Assembly: GCF_964204645.1 (NCBI RefSeq)
Contig: NC_134027.1
Location: forward strand, 6,728,485 to 6,792,484
DNA length: 64,000 nucleotides
Direction: 5' to 3'
Source of the DNA: Tubulanus polymorphus
Lineage: Eukaryota > Animalia > Nemertea
The first letter of the stretch is position 1. Each line of letters starts with the position of its first letter. The notes beneath the pieces are model-generated. The model saw only the letters and a list, made by a program, of their open reading frames with translations, was not told the origin of the DNA and ran no database searches. Both the position numbers and the translations under genes were made by a program. Below, one piece after another: positions 1 to 13,400 of this stretch.

Positions 1-532
1 CAGTAGAATATTTCACCTTAAACATTATATACAACGCACCATCTCCTTCATATTCAAAAGAACATCCGAGCACGAAAAATAGAATATATATATATATACG
101 TTCATATCCTACGGGTCACACGCATGTAAGATGTGTGCGTGATTTTCTCAACATAAATCGAAAAATTGTCTCAGTATTGAATAGTTGTTTGTTCAATCCT
201 TTCATCGGAAACATTTTCGGTTAATGATTCACAATTTTCCCATTCGCCACACGCGTATGCTATCAAATAGACAATGGCAACGCATGGATCGAATTTATAC
301 GATACGCATTTTGTTTCTCGTCCTTTTTTCAAATCGTTGAATTTTTCATATCCGTATTTCACATGTTCATTAATTTAATCCTATCCGCTACCGTGGAACA
401 CGTCAATCTATCTGATTTTTAACGCGCGTGCGTCGATGGCTTCCATAGATATGAAAGGGCGACAGTAAAAATGTTGAATTGATTGTCATGTTCGCATCAC
501 GAAATGAATTACTTTTTCTTCTCGTCTCGAGA

Positions 533-1921
533 TTAATGCAGCCCTAGAGATGGCAATCCGGATGTTACGGCGATGCTGTGACGTGCTCCTCTGCCGCGTA
601 GTTTCGACGCGAATTTCATTCCAGCAAAAACCGTTGAAAGGGAATTTCCGGAGTCTTTTCCACCGGTTTGGTTCTTCAGACGTCCTTTCAGTTTGACGAT
701 ATCGCTTCCTGAAGATGAGGGCGAATCCGGTTCGGTGGAGGGCTTCAAGTTGATTGCTTTCGAATTCTTTCTTTGAAATGATTTATTTTTACCAGTATGA
801 TGGATACTGTCCAACAGATCGGCGGCTCTCTTCGGTGAGTTGAAAGGTGAACGACACCTGGCATTACTCATTTGCGACGAACGACCGCTAACTGTGATAT
901 CATCCTCCTCGGCTTCTGAGTCCGAATGATCGTGAAATGTTGCCACCGCGGGCTGGCGGTATGACGATGAACGCTGAGGTGCAAAATCCGTCAGAATTTG
1001 CCGCACGATTTCGAAACTCGTGGCAGGTCGTTTTTTCATCATTCTCACCGTGGTTTGGGGGCTTTTTAACTCGCTGTAATCGTTAATTGAGATTACGCTG
1101 CTGACAGGCTTGGATTCCTCGCTTTCTACTATGATAGTTGGTATCGGTGTGTTGCAGCGATTGGTGACAGCAGGGGCAGACGTACAACGAGAACGGGGTT
1201 TTCTAACATTAGTCGTATCTCGGTACGACGAACGACCCCTATGTGAATGGTCAATACCCGTCGAGGCTCTGGTTATGTACGACGGAATTTCGACAAGCCT
1301 CTCATTTTTACGCCCAATCGGTATGAAATTCATTTCGAACGGGTCAACTTCGTCCGGTATTGGTAAAACCAATTTCAGCCAATCTAAAGCTGACTTGAAC
1401 ATAAATCTGTCTCTTAATTTCAATGAAGCTTTGTATTTGTAAACAAAAATTTTAGCTACGCCTAAATTTCCGGCGGCACATGCGCACATCAGAGGCGTCA
1501 TCCCGTCGACGTTATAAGCATTGATAAAACACCCATACGTTTTTATTTCCGGAAGAAATAGTTCGGCAATTTCCGTCAATCCCAAATAAGCCATGTAATG
1601 GTAAACTGTATTCCCGTACTTATCAGAGTGGTTTATATCGCAATCATCTTTAAGAAGAATCTTGATAACTCCAAGTTGGTTTTTCAAAACTGCGTGCGCC
1701 AAAACCCCTCGCCCCAGTTTATCGAGGGCATCTCGGTCCGCACCATTATCTAGTAAAGCTTTGACCAGAACGGAAGCGGTAGAACTAGTCGGTATATCAC
1801 AACATTTCATCAACGGACTCAATCCCCCAACGCCCTTCACATTCGGATCCGAACCCAAATCTAAGAGCAGAAGAAACTGTTTGTAACGACCATCTTTGAG
1901 AGCTTTGTGTAAACCCGTCAT
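533..1921 (-). CDS. Ankyrin-repeat protein (N-terminal ANK repeats plus Ser/Arg-rich disordered tail; ANKRD34/ANKRD63-like architecture), single coding exon
   Basis: Long ORF with ankyrin motifs (GLSPLMKCC, GRGVLAHAV, GNTVYHYMA, GMTPLMCAC..GNLGVAKIFV). First in-frame ATG is at 1921 (the ORF-track start at 1966 is TTG). The frame stays open to about 2023, so an upstream exon is possible. Confidence 0.8.
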   Translation of the reverse strand: MTGLHKALKDGRYKQFLLLLDLGSDPNVKGVGGLSPLMKCCDIPTSSTASVLVKALLDNGADRDALDKLGRGVLAHAVLKNQLGVIKILLKDDCDINHSDKYGNTVYHYMAYLGLTEIAELFLPEIKTYGCFINAYNVDGMTPLMCACAAGNLGVAKIFVYKYKASLKLRDRFMFKSALDWLKLVLPIPDEVDPFEMNFIPIGRKNERLVEIPSYITRASTGIDHSHRGRSSYRDTTNVRKPRSRCTSAPAVTNRCNTPIPTIIVESEESKPVSSVISINDYSELKSPQTTVRMMKKRPATSFEIVRQILTDFAPQRSSSYRQPAVATFHDHSDSEAEEDDITVSGRSSQMSNARCRSPFNSPKRAADLLDSIHHTGKNKSFQRKNSKAINLKPSTEPDSPSSSGSDIVKLKGRLKNQTGGKDSGNSLSTVFAGMKFASKLRGRGARHSIAVTSGLPSLGLH

Positions 1922-3297
1922 TTTAGAGCGCTCTATGGTATACGCATACCCAAGATTTTCAAACAACTTCTTCGCACAGTAATTGCTATAGTTCGTAGTA
2001 TTCTTGTCAAAATCACTGAGAATCTAGGCCGATATTCGTGAGCGGCATCGTTGAATATTCTTCAATTTGTCAATTAGCCGCCATAGACATAATGACAAAT
2101 TCACACGCGTGCGTCAATTAACTTTCGCAAAGGCAGTTCTTGGCAACGATAAACCATACAAAACATCGTCTTTCATTCCCCACCGATGACGGACAGCAAT
2201 TAAATGTCGCCGTGTTAGGTACATATCCTATACATCCGCGAGATGATTCGAAATTCACCCGATATAGTTGCATTCCGATCGATCTCGAGGTTTTTCTTTT
2301 AGATATGCATCAATTGCGCCGATCGCGTGCCTCCAAATATTCGCTTCACTCTACCATTGATGATGTGTTCGATGTTTCCCTGGTAGCGACCGAAAATACG
2401 GTACCAATAAACCTATTGTTAAATACAACTACGTCAATCAGCAGAGCCGTTAACATTTAATGACCTCAGGTCGCAGTTTCCTTTCTGATATATTCTATAC
2501 TATAGACATGCATAAAAGCTTGAATATCATCCGGTAGAGTCGCTTGTTTTCTTGTCGCTTATGTCCGTAATATAACGACCGTTTGATTTTCGTTATCTGG
2601 TTTCCGACCGAGGTCTAGAAGTTGAACGGAGTGCACAAATATCTGTGTCTTTATCGCTAAATCTGCACGAATTCGACATAGATTTTTTACGCAAACGGGC
2701 GTCAGTTCGTATTCGCAGGAGAAATGAGTAAATAAAAAAAAATCACCGTAACCGGTATATTTCTTTTTTTAAAGATTCTTTTAGATTTTAAGATTATGCT
2801 TCAAATGATTAGTCGTTAAGATATTATAGAAAATCAAATACGGCACAAAGAAAATCGAGGTTATTCAGCCACCCGATGTTAGAGCCGTGAAGGATTTCGT
2901 AAGACGATCCGCCGCGACCAACCTATCATTGCTTACCGTACACTAGCGCCACTATCATCGGGTTTGTAACCAGCCCTGGTAAGCCATGTAGGCCGCGGCA
3001 TTTTTAGGGCGGTTTTATTTAAGCAAAAACTCTGAAACAAAATTTATCTTTCGTACCACTAATATTGCCAACAAATATTATTATCTAATCTTTCTTTATT
3101 CCCCTTTGATATTAAAGCTAAATACTTTAGCGATAAATAGTTATCTTCGAATATGCTGTCATATATTCATATTTATCATCATGATAATTTTCATCATTAT
3201 CTATTATCGCATCATTTATAAAGATTATTAACGTACAAAAAAGATACCGTCTAATAAACATTTCCATCATTTACTGACGATTCAATTCATTCTTTAT

Positions 3298-3351
3298 TGA
3301 CGTCATGATGACGTCAATTGTTTTGATCATGTGACCTGTGTCAAGATGGCG
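3298..3351 (+). promoter_or_regulatory. Motif cluster at the eIF4E3 start: two CRE palindromes, an M-box/CLEAR-like site and a YY1-like site
   Basis: TGACGTCA at 3298-3305 and 3309-3316; TCATGTGAC at 3327-3335; CAAGATGGCG at 3342-3351 overlapping the ATG. Confidence 0.45.
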
Positions 3352-5167
3352 TCCTCTAGAGTCGAACCTAAATTTGAGCTTAACGATGAAATCGAAGACG
3401 ATCCTATATCCCCAAAGCTACACAAAGAGGCGATCTCTTCGATCGAGAATTCCGAAGTAACTGGAGTTCCATTAAGCACACCTTGGACCTTCTGGCTCGA
3501 CAAGTAAGCCTGTAGTTTGGTGTTATTTCATTGTTATTGTCCTGTGTGGTTGTCAAAATCAATAAATCACCTTGACATTATATAGTCCGAGATCAGCTGT
3601 TTTTGACATTTCCTGATACGTAATAAACTTTAAATAAATTGAATGACGGTTATTGCTTTTGAAATAGATACAAGGCTTGTCTCATTATATCGAGCTTGTA
3701 GACCTAGAGGGCATCTCCTGTCAAGACCAACAAATTGTTGTTGTCTGTCATCAAAACTGCAATGAATTCTTTTTAAATATTTTTGGGCCTGATTTTACTA
3801 GATTTTGTTTAATATTTTTCAGAGCTGTTCGTGGTGCTACGGCTTCTGAATATGAAGCTAATTTGAACAAAATATTTACTGTAAATACTGTTCAGGTAAT
3901 TTTGTAGGTGATATAGATCTTTTTGTTCATTTGTTTAGCCCCAAATAATCTAACCAATGCCATCAAATTTTTCAGGGATTTTGGAGTGTATACAATAACA
4001 TACCCGATGTTGATCGATTGTCTAGTCGCTATAGTTATCATTTAATGAGAGGACAAAGAAGACCAATCTGGTAAGTAGAAAAAACGAAATGAAAGCAGTT
4101 TTTGTTGCAATATGTAATCAATCACGTAGGCCTACTAGATCACTATTGAAAATTTTTTTTAGGGAAGATGATGGCAATTGTCGCGGTGGAAATTGGAAAT
4201 TAAAATGCTCAAAAGGCGATGCAGTAAGTAGCAGGTTTTTACATAGAGTGTGAATGCCAAAAATCTTTGAAAGTTTGTTCAAGCTCACATGACGAATTTC
4301 TTTTTAAGCGTCATGTGTGGAAGGAACTACTGCTGGCCGCTATTGGAGAACAATTCTCTGAATACATGGCTGAAGGTATTAATAAACATTTCAAAATGTA
4401 TAAGTTGAAAAAATAATCAGGATTCAGTACTTAACTGATTCCAAAAGCGATAACCAACATTTTGTTGCATTGTTGTAGGTGATGAAGTAATAGGCTTAAG
4501 TATAAGTATACGCGAACGAGATGATATTATTCAAATCTGGAATTTAGATGCTCACCTCAATGAGAAATCACGTGCAATCGATCGTGTAAAAGAACTCCTA
4601 CCAGATGTTACATTTACTGCCATATTTTATAAAGGTGATTGATATGAATTGATTTGTCTCGACACTAGCAGAGTGACCACAATACATCCTCTTCCAAATT
4701 GCCAGTGTTTTCCCGGTAAAAGCAGAACATTCCCGGCCAGTGCTCTGATGAATGGCAGTAGGAATGTCCCAACAGTTGTTATCGTATCGTGACAGACCCA
4801 AATAGTAAACTAGCCCAGTTAATATTCCGTCTTTCAGCTAAGATAATTCAATACGAATTTGAACTTACAATATGAAATGAAGATTGTAAAGTTATAAATT
4901 TCCGATAAAACTAAATCCACAGGGAAAAGGCATGAGCAACAAACACTATTCCCCTCTTTTTCCAGAGTTTTTATTAAATTTCCTGTATTATTTTGCCCGA
5001 CAGAAATAGTTCCGTTTCCCAGAAACATAGTCACTCTGTCTAGATTCTCCTACGTTGCAGCCTACCTCCTGTTACAGTTCAGTTTTTTATACATATAACT
5101 TTTTGTTGTAGAATTTCAAACCCATCAGGCATTCGAGGCGGATAAAGTGGCATCATTGAAAGGGTGA
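3346..5167 (+). CDS. EIF4E3: Eukaryotic translation initiation factor 4E, class III (221 aa, 7 exons)
   Basis: Exons 3346-3503, 3823-3895, 3976-4070, 4163-4223, 4309-4375, 4479-4634 and 5112-5167 splice in frame via GT-AG. Translation contains [60 protein letters not shown] and [17 protein letters not shown]. Confidence 0.95.
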
Positions 5168-8100
5168 ATTTTCACGCGGAAGTTAGGCTTGTTATTTAAA
5201 AGTATGTTGCTGTGTACGATGTACATAGACTGCAACAAGACGTCATGATATACATAAGAAATAGAGATTGTCATGAGATCCTGTTGAAAGATATATATTT
5301 AAATAAACGATGATATATTAGTCGTGTGTGTGTGTGTGCGCAATACAATGTAGCAGAAACAGTTTTGTGTTCGTTTCATTTCATGCCGGTGAGAACACAA
5401 AATGAGATATTGCGGAGAACTCCAATTAAAATCTTTTCTTGACAGTATTTTCTAAAAGGAGTTATTTTAATTACATGTTCTGTATGATTACGACATGGAA
5501 CATTTATTCATACATGTTCATGTCACCTACGTGACTACCTGTAGGTAGAACTGATGGCAAGGACAGAGCTATGATCCTGTGTTTTTTATGTTGAATGTTG
5601 ATTAATTTTGTATCTTGTTTATTTGCTTCGAAAAAAAAACAATTGCTGAATAGCATGATTTTCCTATACCTGTACATTCGAAGTTCTGTGTGAAAATCCT
5701 TATACTTCTGTTGTAAAGATTTGTGATGTATAAATGGGTGTACGTACATGGCAACCCCTGGAATGTTATCTAAAATTGCAATTTGCATCGAAAGGCTTGC
5801 CAAATGAATAACAAATTCTTACTTGAAAGATACTAATATCAGCTTTACCAAAAATTTTGTATCCAACTATTCGCATAAATAATTCTTGAAGAAAATAATT
5901 GCTCCTAGCTAAGAAATGAGTGAACAAAAGATTTTTTAGAGGCCAAGTACAAGTGATCAAATACCAAAATGGTCAGTGCAATAATATGTTTACATCTTTT
6001 TGAAGAACTGTGATATAAGAGCATGATAACATTTGTTATAGATTGCTAATCGTCAACTCCAAACATTGAGATGTAACTCCAAACCGCATTTATAATCTTC
6101 TTAGATCAAAAGATATTTTGTGTGTTATTTTTGCCAGAACTAGCTGGAGTCTTCTAGGCTTGTTCTTAGATAAATAAGTTTTAGTAGTTTCTTCTTGCGT
6201 GCTTAGTCAAACTATCTACAATGCATGTTATCAGTCATTCTCAATTGGAACATTTTGTTGTACCTCAATTATATGATATTTGATAAGTCAACTCTTCCAT
6301 ATTCAGCTCCAGAAATCTGTCAGATTTAACCTTCCCCATGAGGACGAGTTGAATGAAAGGAGGTAGTGTAGTCATTATACTTACTGACCTACATCAGAAA
6401 ATACAGATTATCAACTTTTAACTCAATAAATTATAATTAACTTGTGCTAAGTCAAATAATTGATGAAAAGCACGTCAATGATTATAGAAATACATTTTTA
6501 TTTATATCAAATGAAATTATGTAATTGTTGAAACCGTGATTATGAGTTTTGCTGAGTAATCAAGAACTTTCTGATCATGACAATAAGCATTCCACTGTTT
6601 TTTTTTCTGCATGAAATTAATAAACACTGAAGTTTCATATAGTTTTACAAAGTTTTGGCACGAAGGAAGACATCATTTCAATATCCCCTGCAAATCATTT
6701 ATACTTAAGTTTATTTTGTTGTTGATGTAGTTGATGTTATTAAGCCTATGATATTGTTTTCAACTTTTTATGTGAAACCCTCCTCATGAATGATAATTCA
6801 AAGTAGATAATTGAAAGAAAAATTACAAATTTACCTGCATGAGACATATCATGAACGAAGAAACATAGAAATTGAAATGATGTAGGCTACGTCTGATTTT
6901 TACGGAGATGAACGTTTGAAACTAACAACCCAAAGTTAACATCAACTGGATTCTCTATAACCTAGTCTGCAAGGTTCACCATCTTGACGTAAAGGAAAAA
7001 CTACCGTAGGTGGATTTTGCTCAAGCCAGAAGCTGGGTAGTGGAAATGCTAGTACAGAATTCCGGTACTGAGACAAGTGATGTTTTCATCTATTTAATAG
7101 TGAAGATATCATTAACTGTGATAATGCTAGTTAAATGAGCATGTTGTAAAAATGTTGAAACATAACGTTATCAATGAATTACCAAGAACTAATAAATGCA
7201 ATATTACATAAAATTATAATATCAGTTAGTTATCTCTGGTGGCTTATTCGTTGGCATTGTTATACCATGAACACCAATTGATGGGAGCTGAGAAACTTCT
7301 CCACCTTTTTGTAAGATTCACTGATTTCGAAATCTACTGTCCAGTAGGACACTGAGTGATATTCTTTTAGTATCAAGTAGCTAGCACCACTGAAGCACAT
7401 CCATTTTATTGTAGGAAAGACAAGAATCTTGTGGCTTGCTACTAAATTACTAATTTTCAATTTCTAACATGATATGAATAGGAAATAGCACATGAGATAT
7501 AACCATGGACTCTAAAACGAGTCCATAATAAAACGTACTAAGCCACAAAGCTAATAAAAATCCACATAAATCTTCGATCACTGAACTAAATGACCTCCAC
7601 ATGAATGTTATGATAGAAAGAAATCTCAGGTTTCATGATCATGATCAAATATATTTTCAATGCCAAAGGTTCCAAGAGTTAATCTACCCAGGTTAATTCC
7701 GGCAATATGGATGATTTATAGAAATGGATAAAGTCATACAGCTTTGGTAGGAATACATACCAAACTCTAGCAAAGCTTGAACTAAGCTCATAAATGTCAC
7801 ACCGGAAAGGAATAAATGTCAAACGACACAATTTCATACCTAATGAGGCTTTGCCAGAGAAAATTAACTAATCTACTAAATACAGTATATCTCTGTAATA
7901 ATTACCAATTTATTCAGAATATCTAATATCAAAACCACTTCATGCATGATTTACAACAAACTTCCTGGTAAACAATAAATGCTAATTTTGAAGTTCTATA
8001 CTTGTTAGAACCACATCCAATTGTCATAAATAGTTCACATTTTTCAGTCATATCCAATGAATTCCAGTTCAATGCGGTCATATATCCCTGAATATCTGTA

Positions 8101-10469
8101 AAGCTGACTGAGATCCAGATCCACGGGTCCTTTTTACAGGTACTTGAAATTATCATCCTCGCATCCAATAGCTACAATATATGAAATTTTATTTAACATT
8201 TTTCAAAACAACATTTCAGTAAGCGTGATATAAACTTTCTGTGTTACAACAATAATATAAGATAAGATACCACAATACGAAAGAAGTCAGAAAAATTTCC
8301 TCAAGCTTATATTTCATTCGACATTTTGACTATATCCTTATAGTCATCATCAGACTATGCCCTCATAGTCATATTCTGGAATACTAAGGAAACTTTTTGG
8401 CCTCGTTTTTCTATTGTATCATGGGATTTTATCTGATACAACATTTCGGTCTCATTGAAGACCATCGAATTGTAATGGGTAAATGGGGTAGATTTTTTAC
8501 CTGCTATAATACTGGTAACCTAGTTTTTCAACAAAGGTCTATGACCTATACCCTGCCAAGTATAGATATCTGAACATATGTAGAAACTACCATCTTGCAA
8601 TACAGAGGGAATGTGCAACAGGTTTCATCCACTATTCAGTAATCCTGTCAATGAAGAGATAAATGTAATCATTATTTTCAAGAACACAATGAAACAATAG
8701 CTGAAAAATTACGTTGATTAATTAGTGCTGATACATTATTTTTCAGGTGTAAGTTATTCGGAATTGTATCTGCGCGTATTTTAGTGTTAATATCGACAGG
8801 GATTAAATACAGTTTTTAGAGATGACACACTTGCGCCTATGATTATTCTATTATAAATGCGTTAGTAACAACGAATTTGGAAACACGTTTAAGCGAATCA
8901 TGAACTGAACCAGATGCCACTTTTTGGGCGAAAAACAATTTGACAAAATATCCACGACCGTCGTAGATCATGGGAAGAATAAAAACCCGATCCATGTGTT
9001 TATCGCATTCACATGGTATTTATTGCACCTAGGCGCAATGAAGCTTGACACCGCTTCTATTAATGGCAAAAACATCTAAGGATTGATAAAGCATCGCAAA
9101 GATATTTTTCCTAAGACAATAATGTCCATTTAACACTAATTCACACATAGAAGTATCATAACAACAAGCCAGTTCTGGTTTATTGCTTCACATCTTTCTG
9201 GTTTTTCGGAAGCTTAATATCAAACAAATTCTCCGATAGCTTTCTGATTAGATGGACATGCACATGTACAATCATGTATATATACATCTAGATACGCAGA
9301 AAAATGTATACACGGGTATACTCGAACGCCGAACTGAATTTTCCTTTTACCGCGCTTGATTTTATAACCGCAAAGAAGAAAGCTTTTTGTTTTAAGAACC
9401 GCGATAACCGATCAACAATTTCCAACGGTAAATCATTCATTTTTATCCCTTTCGGATCAAGTTAATCGACAAATTATTCTTTATCATTAGCAGAGATTTA
9501 GTCTTTTACTTACCATACCTGGATGGCAACCACTGGTCTTGCTTTGAACTTGTCAGGACTTCCAACATCTGGACATAAACTACATTGCATGTACACATGG
9601 GACAGATGTAATAACTGTTCAATCATCATATCACTTTCATACATTACACCTTGGAGCACTAACACACAGTACTTTCACACTCCAAAATCCAGACTTTAAA
9701 AACTGGTTAATGAAATTCTATATACACCTTCTGACGTCACGACATCCAGAATCTAAAATCCAGATTTTAGGCACAAGCAATGTCCGAGATAAACAGGGCA
9801 ACTAACAATTTAGAAAGGAATTTCATACACTGTTCTCAGCATTCGATCACAAGTCATCTAATCATTCATACCAGCTGCCAGAAACCAAAATTGATGTTGA
9901 AAATCAAGAAGTTTAGACATCACAACGGTTGTTTTCTACAGACAGGCACTAGCTTTAACCCTGAAAATTTGGCAATAATTTCAAAATAAATAGTTACTAA
10001 TGTCTGATGAGTTAAAAACCAGTCCATATAAAAACAAACATGAGATATAAATGATATGAGGTAATCGAGGCAAATGACAATCTACAAATGACACTTTTAT
10101 TACATAAAACGAATCCATTTATTTTGCATTTAGTATTGTACATTACATTTTTGTTAACAGATAAAGCCAAGAAAAACGTTCTAGATGCTACTGGTAATTA
10201 ATACTTCCGAGCACCTGAACTTTGTACATCACTATAACAAAGTACTTTTGCACGATTCAACATTCATGTTGCACTGGGCGTTGCACTTATATTTTATTGG
10301 TATTATCTAAAATGAATAGGCCACATCAAAATTACTTGTAAGTAAAGATTTCAGTGTCAACTGACTTCATAGTGCAATACATGATCTAAGACAGAGTGGC
10401 CAGAAATACAAAACCATGTACCGAATGACCTATTTACAATTAGAAATGCTTGGAAAATCATCGATTCAA

Positions 10470-13400
10470 CTAATAAGGTACCATAGACCTCATAGCATTA
10501 GGACCAGGGGGACCGGGTGGTGGTGGAGGGGCTTGTCCTCTTACCATACCAGGACCCATCATACGTGCCGATCTCATCTGCATCTGTACGGATAAATCTT
10601 GTGCCTGCTGCTGCTGCTGTTGTTGGGAACTGCTGACAGAAGATGCGATATTTCGAATTAAATCTGGACCGCTTTGAATAAGATTATTAAGAGCTTTCTG
10701 GATATTAGGATTGTCCAGATTTAACTGAGTCGTTGGGATCTTTGGCTGTTGCGGGGATGGTGTCAACCTGTGAGCTTGTTGATATTGCGGCATCATCTCT
10801 TGTTGCGGAGTAGAAGATTGCATCGAATATACAGGCATCTGAAACTGTGGTGACTGGAGCAGAGCACCAGATGATTGGGAAACTGGTGCTTGCAGCTGCG
10901 GTGCCATTGGTCCAGAGGAAAGAGGTGATGAAATAGTAGGCTTTGGCTTGACTTCACTTTCTGGCTGAGGCAATGGTGTACCAGGATTCAAAATACTCAA
11001 TATTTTAGCTTGCAGCTGAGCCTGTTGTTGCTTAAGATCTTCTTTAGGAGGAGTTGCTGAAAAATAGCATATACAGAAATGTTAAGTGATGTTCCACACA
11101 ATATAATACCCATTAAACGGTGGTTAGACTTGAGGAATTCAATAAGAATAGAATCCCACCTGAAAAGCAGACATTTAGATGCATTTAGACAAGTCATGAA
11201 AATTGACACAACTACACTACCACCAGGAAAAAGCGTTTAACGCCGCAGACTTACCAGCTTTCTTGTTTTGCTCCATCTCTTTTAATAAAGTACTGCGTCT
11301 TTCGGCTATGAAATCACGAACCTTATCAAGTTCTTCCATAGCAAGGTGACGACCATCGGCCAACAGATTAAGCAAGTAAGCCACATCGGGCTCTGGCGGT
11401 AATATATCACCAGGTCGAGAACCTGGCTTTTCACGGCTTTGCTGTATGTATTTCTCAAAGTTACGCGCAACTAGATTCATCGCATCATCCAAGGGCATAT
11501 TTCTGTGCTCTGAGAGGAGAAAAGATAAAACATAAAACTTACACACAATTCTTTATTAGAATTTATTCAGTTATGCATACAATTCTTTAATAACATAAAA
11601 GTAAAGATCGATCATAATAGAATGCGTTTACCAAATAAGAAAGGTCACAAGGCCTGAAAACCTTGTCGCTTCAATTCAACCTGACATAGATGATAAAGGT
11701 TATGCAACGGGACAAAAAAGCAAATATCAAATACCAGTTACGAATGACAAATTCAACATTTCAAGCTCGAAAAAATATTTTATTTTCCAAATTATAACTT
11801 AACATATGAATGTGATGATTATGCCAATATTTGTAGTCGAAATGAGTGACAATTTGTCAAACATGACATACGCTGCCGGAAACTTCAAAAATCCTTCATC
11901 CACAATAAAAACAAGTCATTCCTTATACGTATAACAAGGAAAACATGAAAAATTTCTGTATAAAAATATGTCCTTTATTTCACACCGAATATTCGAAGTA
12001 GAAAATCACGCAACCCTTGGGACAACATCATAGCATCTTGTAGTTTGTTGCAGAGGCTTGACTTGGAGGTGTCTATAGATGATAGAACTGGCTTCAGAAA
12101 AAACCCTGTTTGACAGTTTACTATACCGCAAATGACACTGCCAGGTGTGCCAAATCAAGTCTATACAGTTATTTATAGTAGAAACTGGCATTATGTATGC
12201 CAAATGGCAATCATGGAAGAGAATTATGATTTCAACCTAAAGAAATTGTTTGACAATCACATAAAAAAACAGAAAAAACCAACTTGAGTTAAACACTAAC
12301 TAACCTTGCGGAGTTCCGATGAGTATGTTAAGCGTGATAGATCGATGTAGTTCATTTTGTTCATTAGCAAAGATCACATAGAGAATTCCACGACGCATAC
12401 AACTTTCTAGAGCTCCTTTCGGTGACATATCTGCTGTCAATACGACGCAGCCAACCATCATACCGATACTCTTTAATCTCTTGTCCAATAGATCACCATA
12501 CGGCCTAAATCGAGAACAATCAAGTGGCCTTCGTCAAAACCATTTTTCAGCCTTCCTTCACGCTTTGTACCGGTATATCAAAAGTCGCTAAAGAAGTTTC
12601 CTTCAAACCAGATATATCGTACATACCTGAGTAACCTGTCAGTTATGTAAATCATAGTATCAACTGGAGGATTCGCTTGACCTGTAGGAGCAGGATACGA
12701 ATCGCGATATACATCTTGCGCAGTTGTCATCCCATAGGTATCTCTTCTGTAATAAAATAGATATCCAGTAATGTATAAATACACTCCTATGTCTGTACAT
12801 AAAGGACGAGGCGTAAAAATGCAGACCACAGTTATTGAACTTCACAGGATTTGTCTCGGTCAAAAATGTATGGATGGACTAGCATACCTATACGGATCAT
12901 TCATCGGTGGCCGGCGATAGGGATCATCCACTGGCGCTCGTCTGTACACATCCGGCGTCATCCGTTCATCTCTTCAAAAACAATATTATTTCTTATAATC
13001 CATATTTTGAATATTATAGTAATACTGTGTCGTATATAGAGTGTAATACGTATATACGACACAGTATTACCATAATATTCAAATGTGGCCACATGATGTA
13101 CCTATATGGATCCCTCGGTGGTCCTCTAAGTGGTGAACGTTCTCTTAGTAATCCAGGTGAGCTAAAATGAAAGTAAAATACAAGATAGCGTTAGATAAGC
13201 CTACATTTTGTGCATACAAATTGTGTATGAATTGTGTTAACTACGAAGAATGCAAACATACCTGGGTCTATACGGTTGCCTTCTGCCATCCATAGCCATC
13301 TTCACATCTACAAAAGAATTGTGTCTTAAGGTTATAATCAATTCAATAGAAGGTAAAAATACTAACTCAACAAAGGGAAACAAAAGGGAACGCAATAGTG

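Noticed and set aside
1110-1886. Plus-strand ORFs of 110 aa and 74 aa
   Set aside because: Antisense shadows of the ankyrin CDS with no recognisable motifs.
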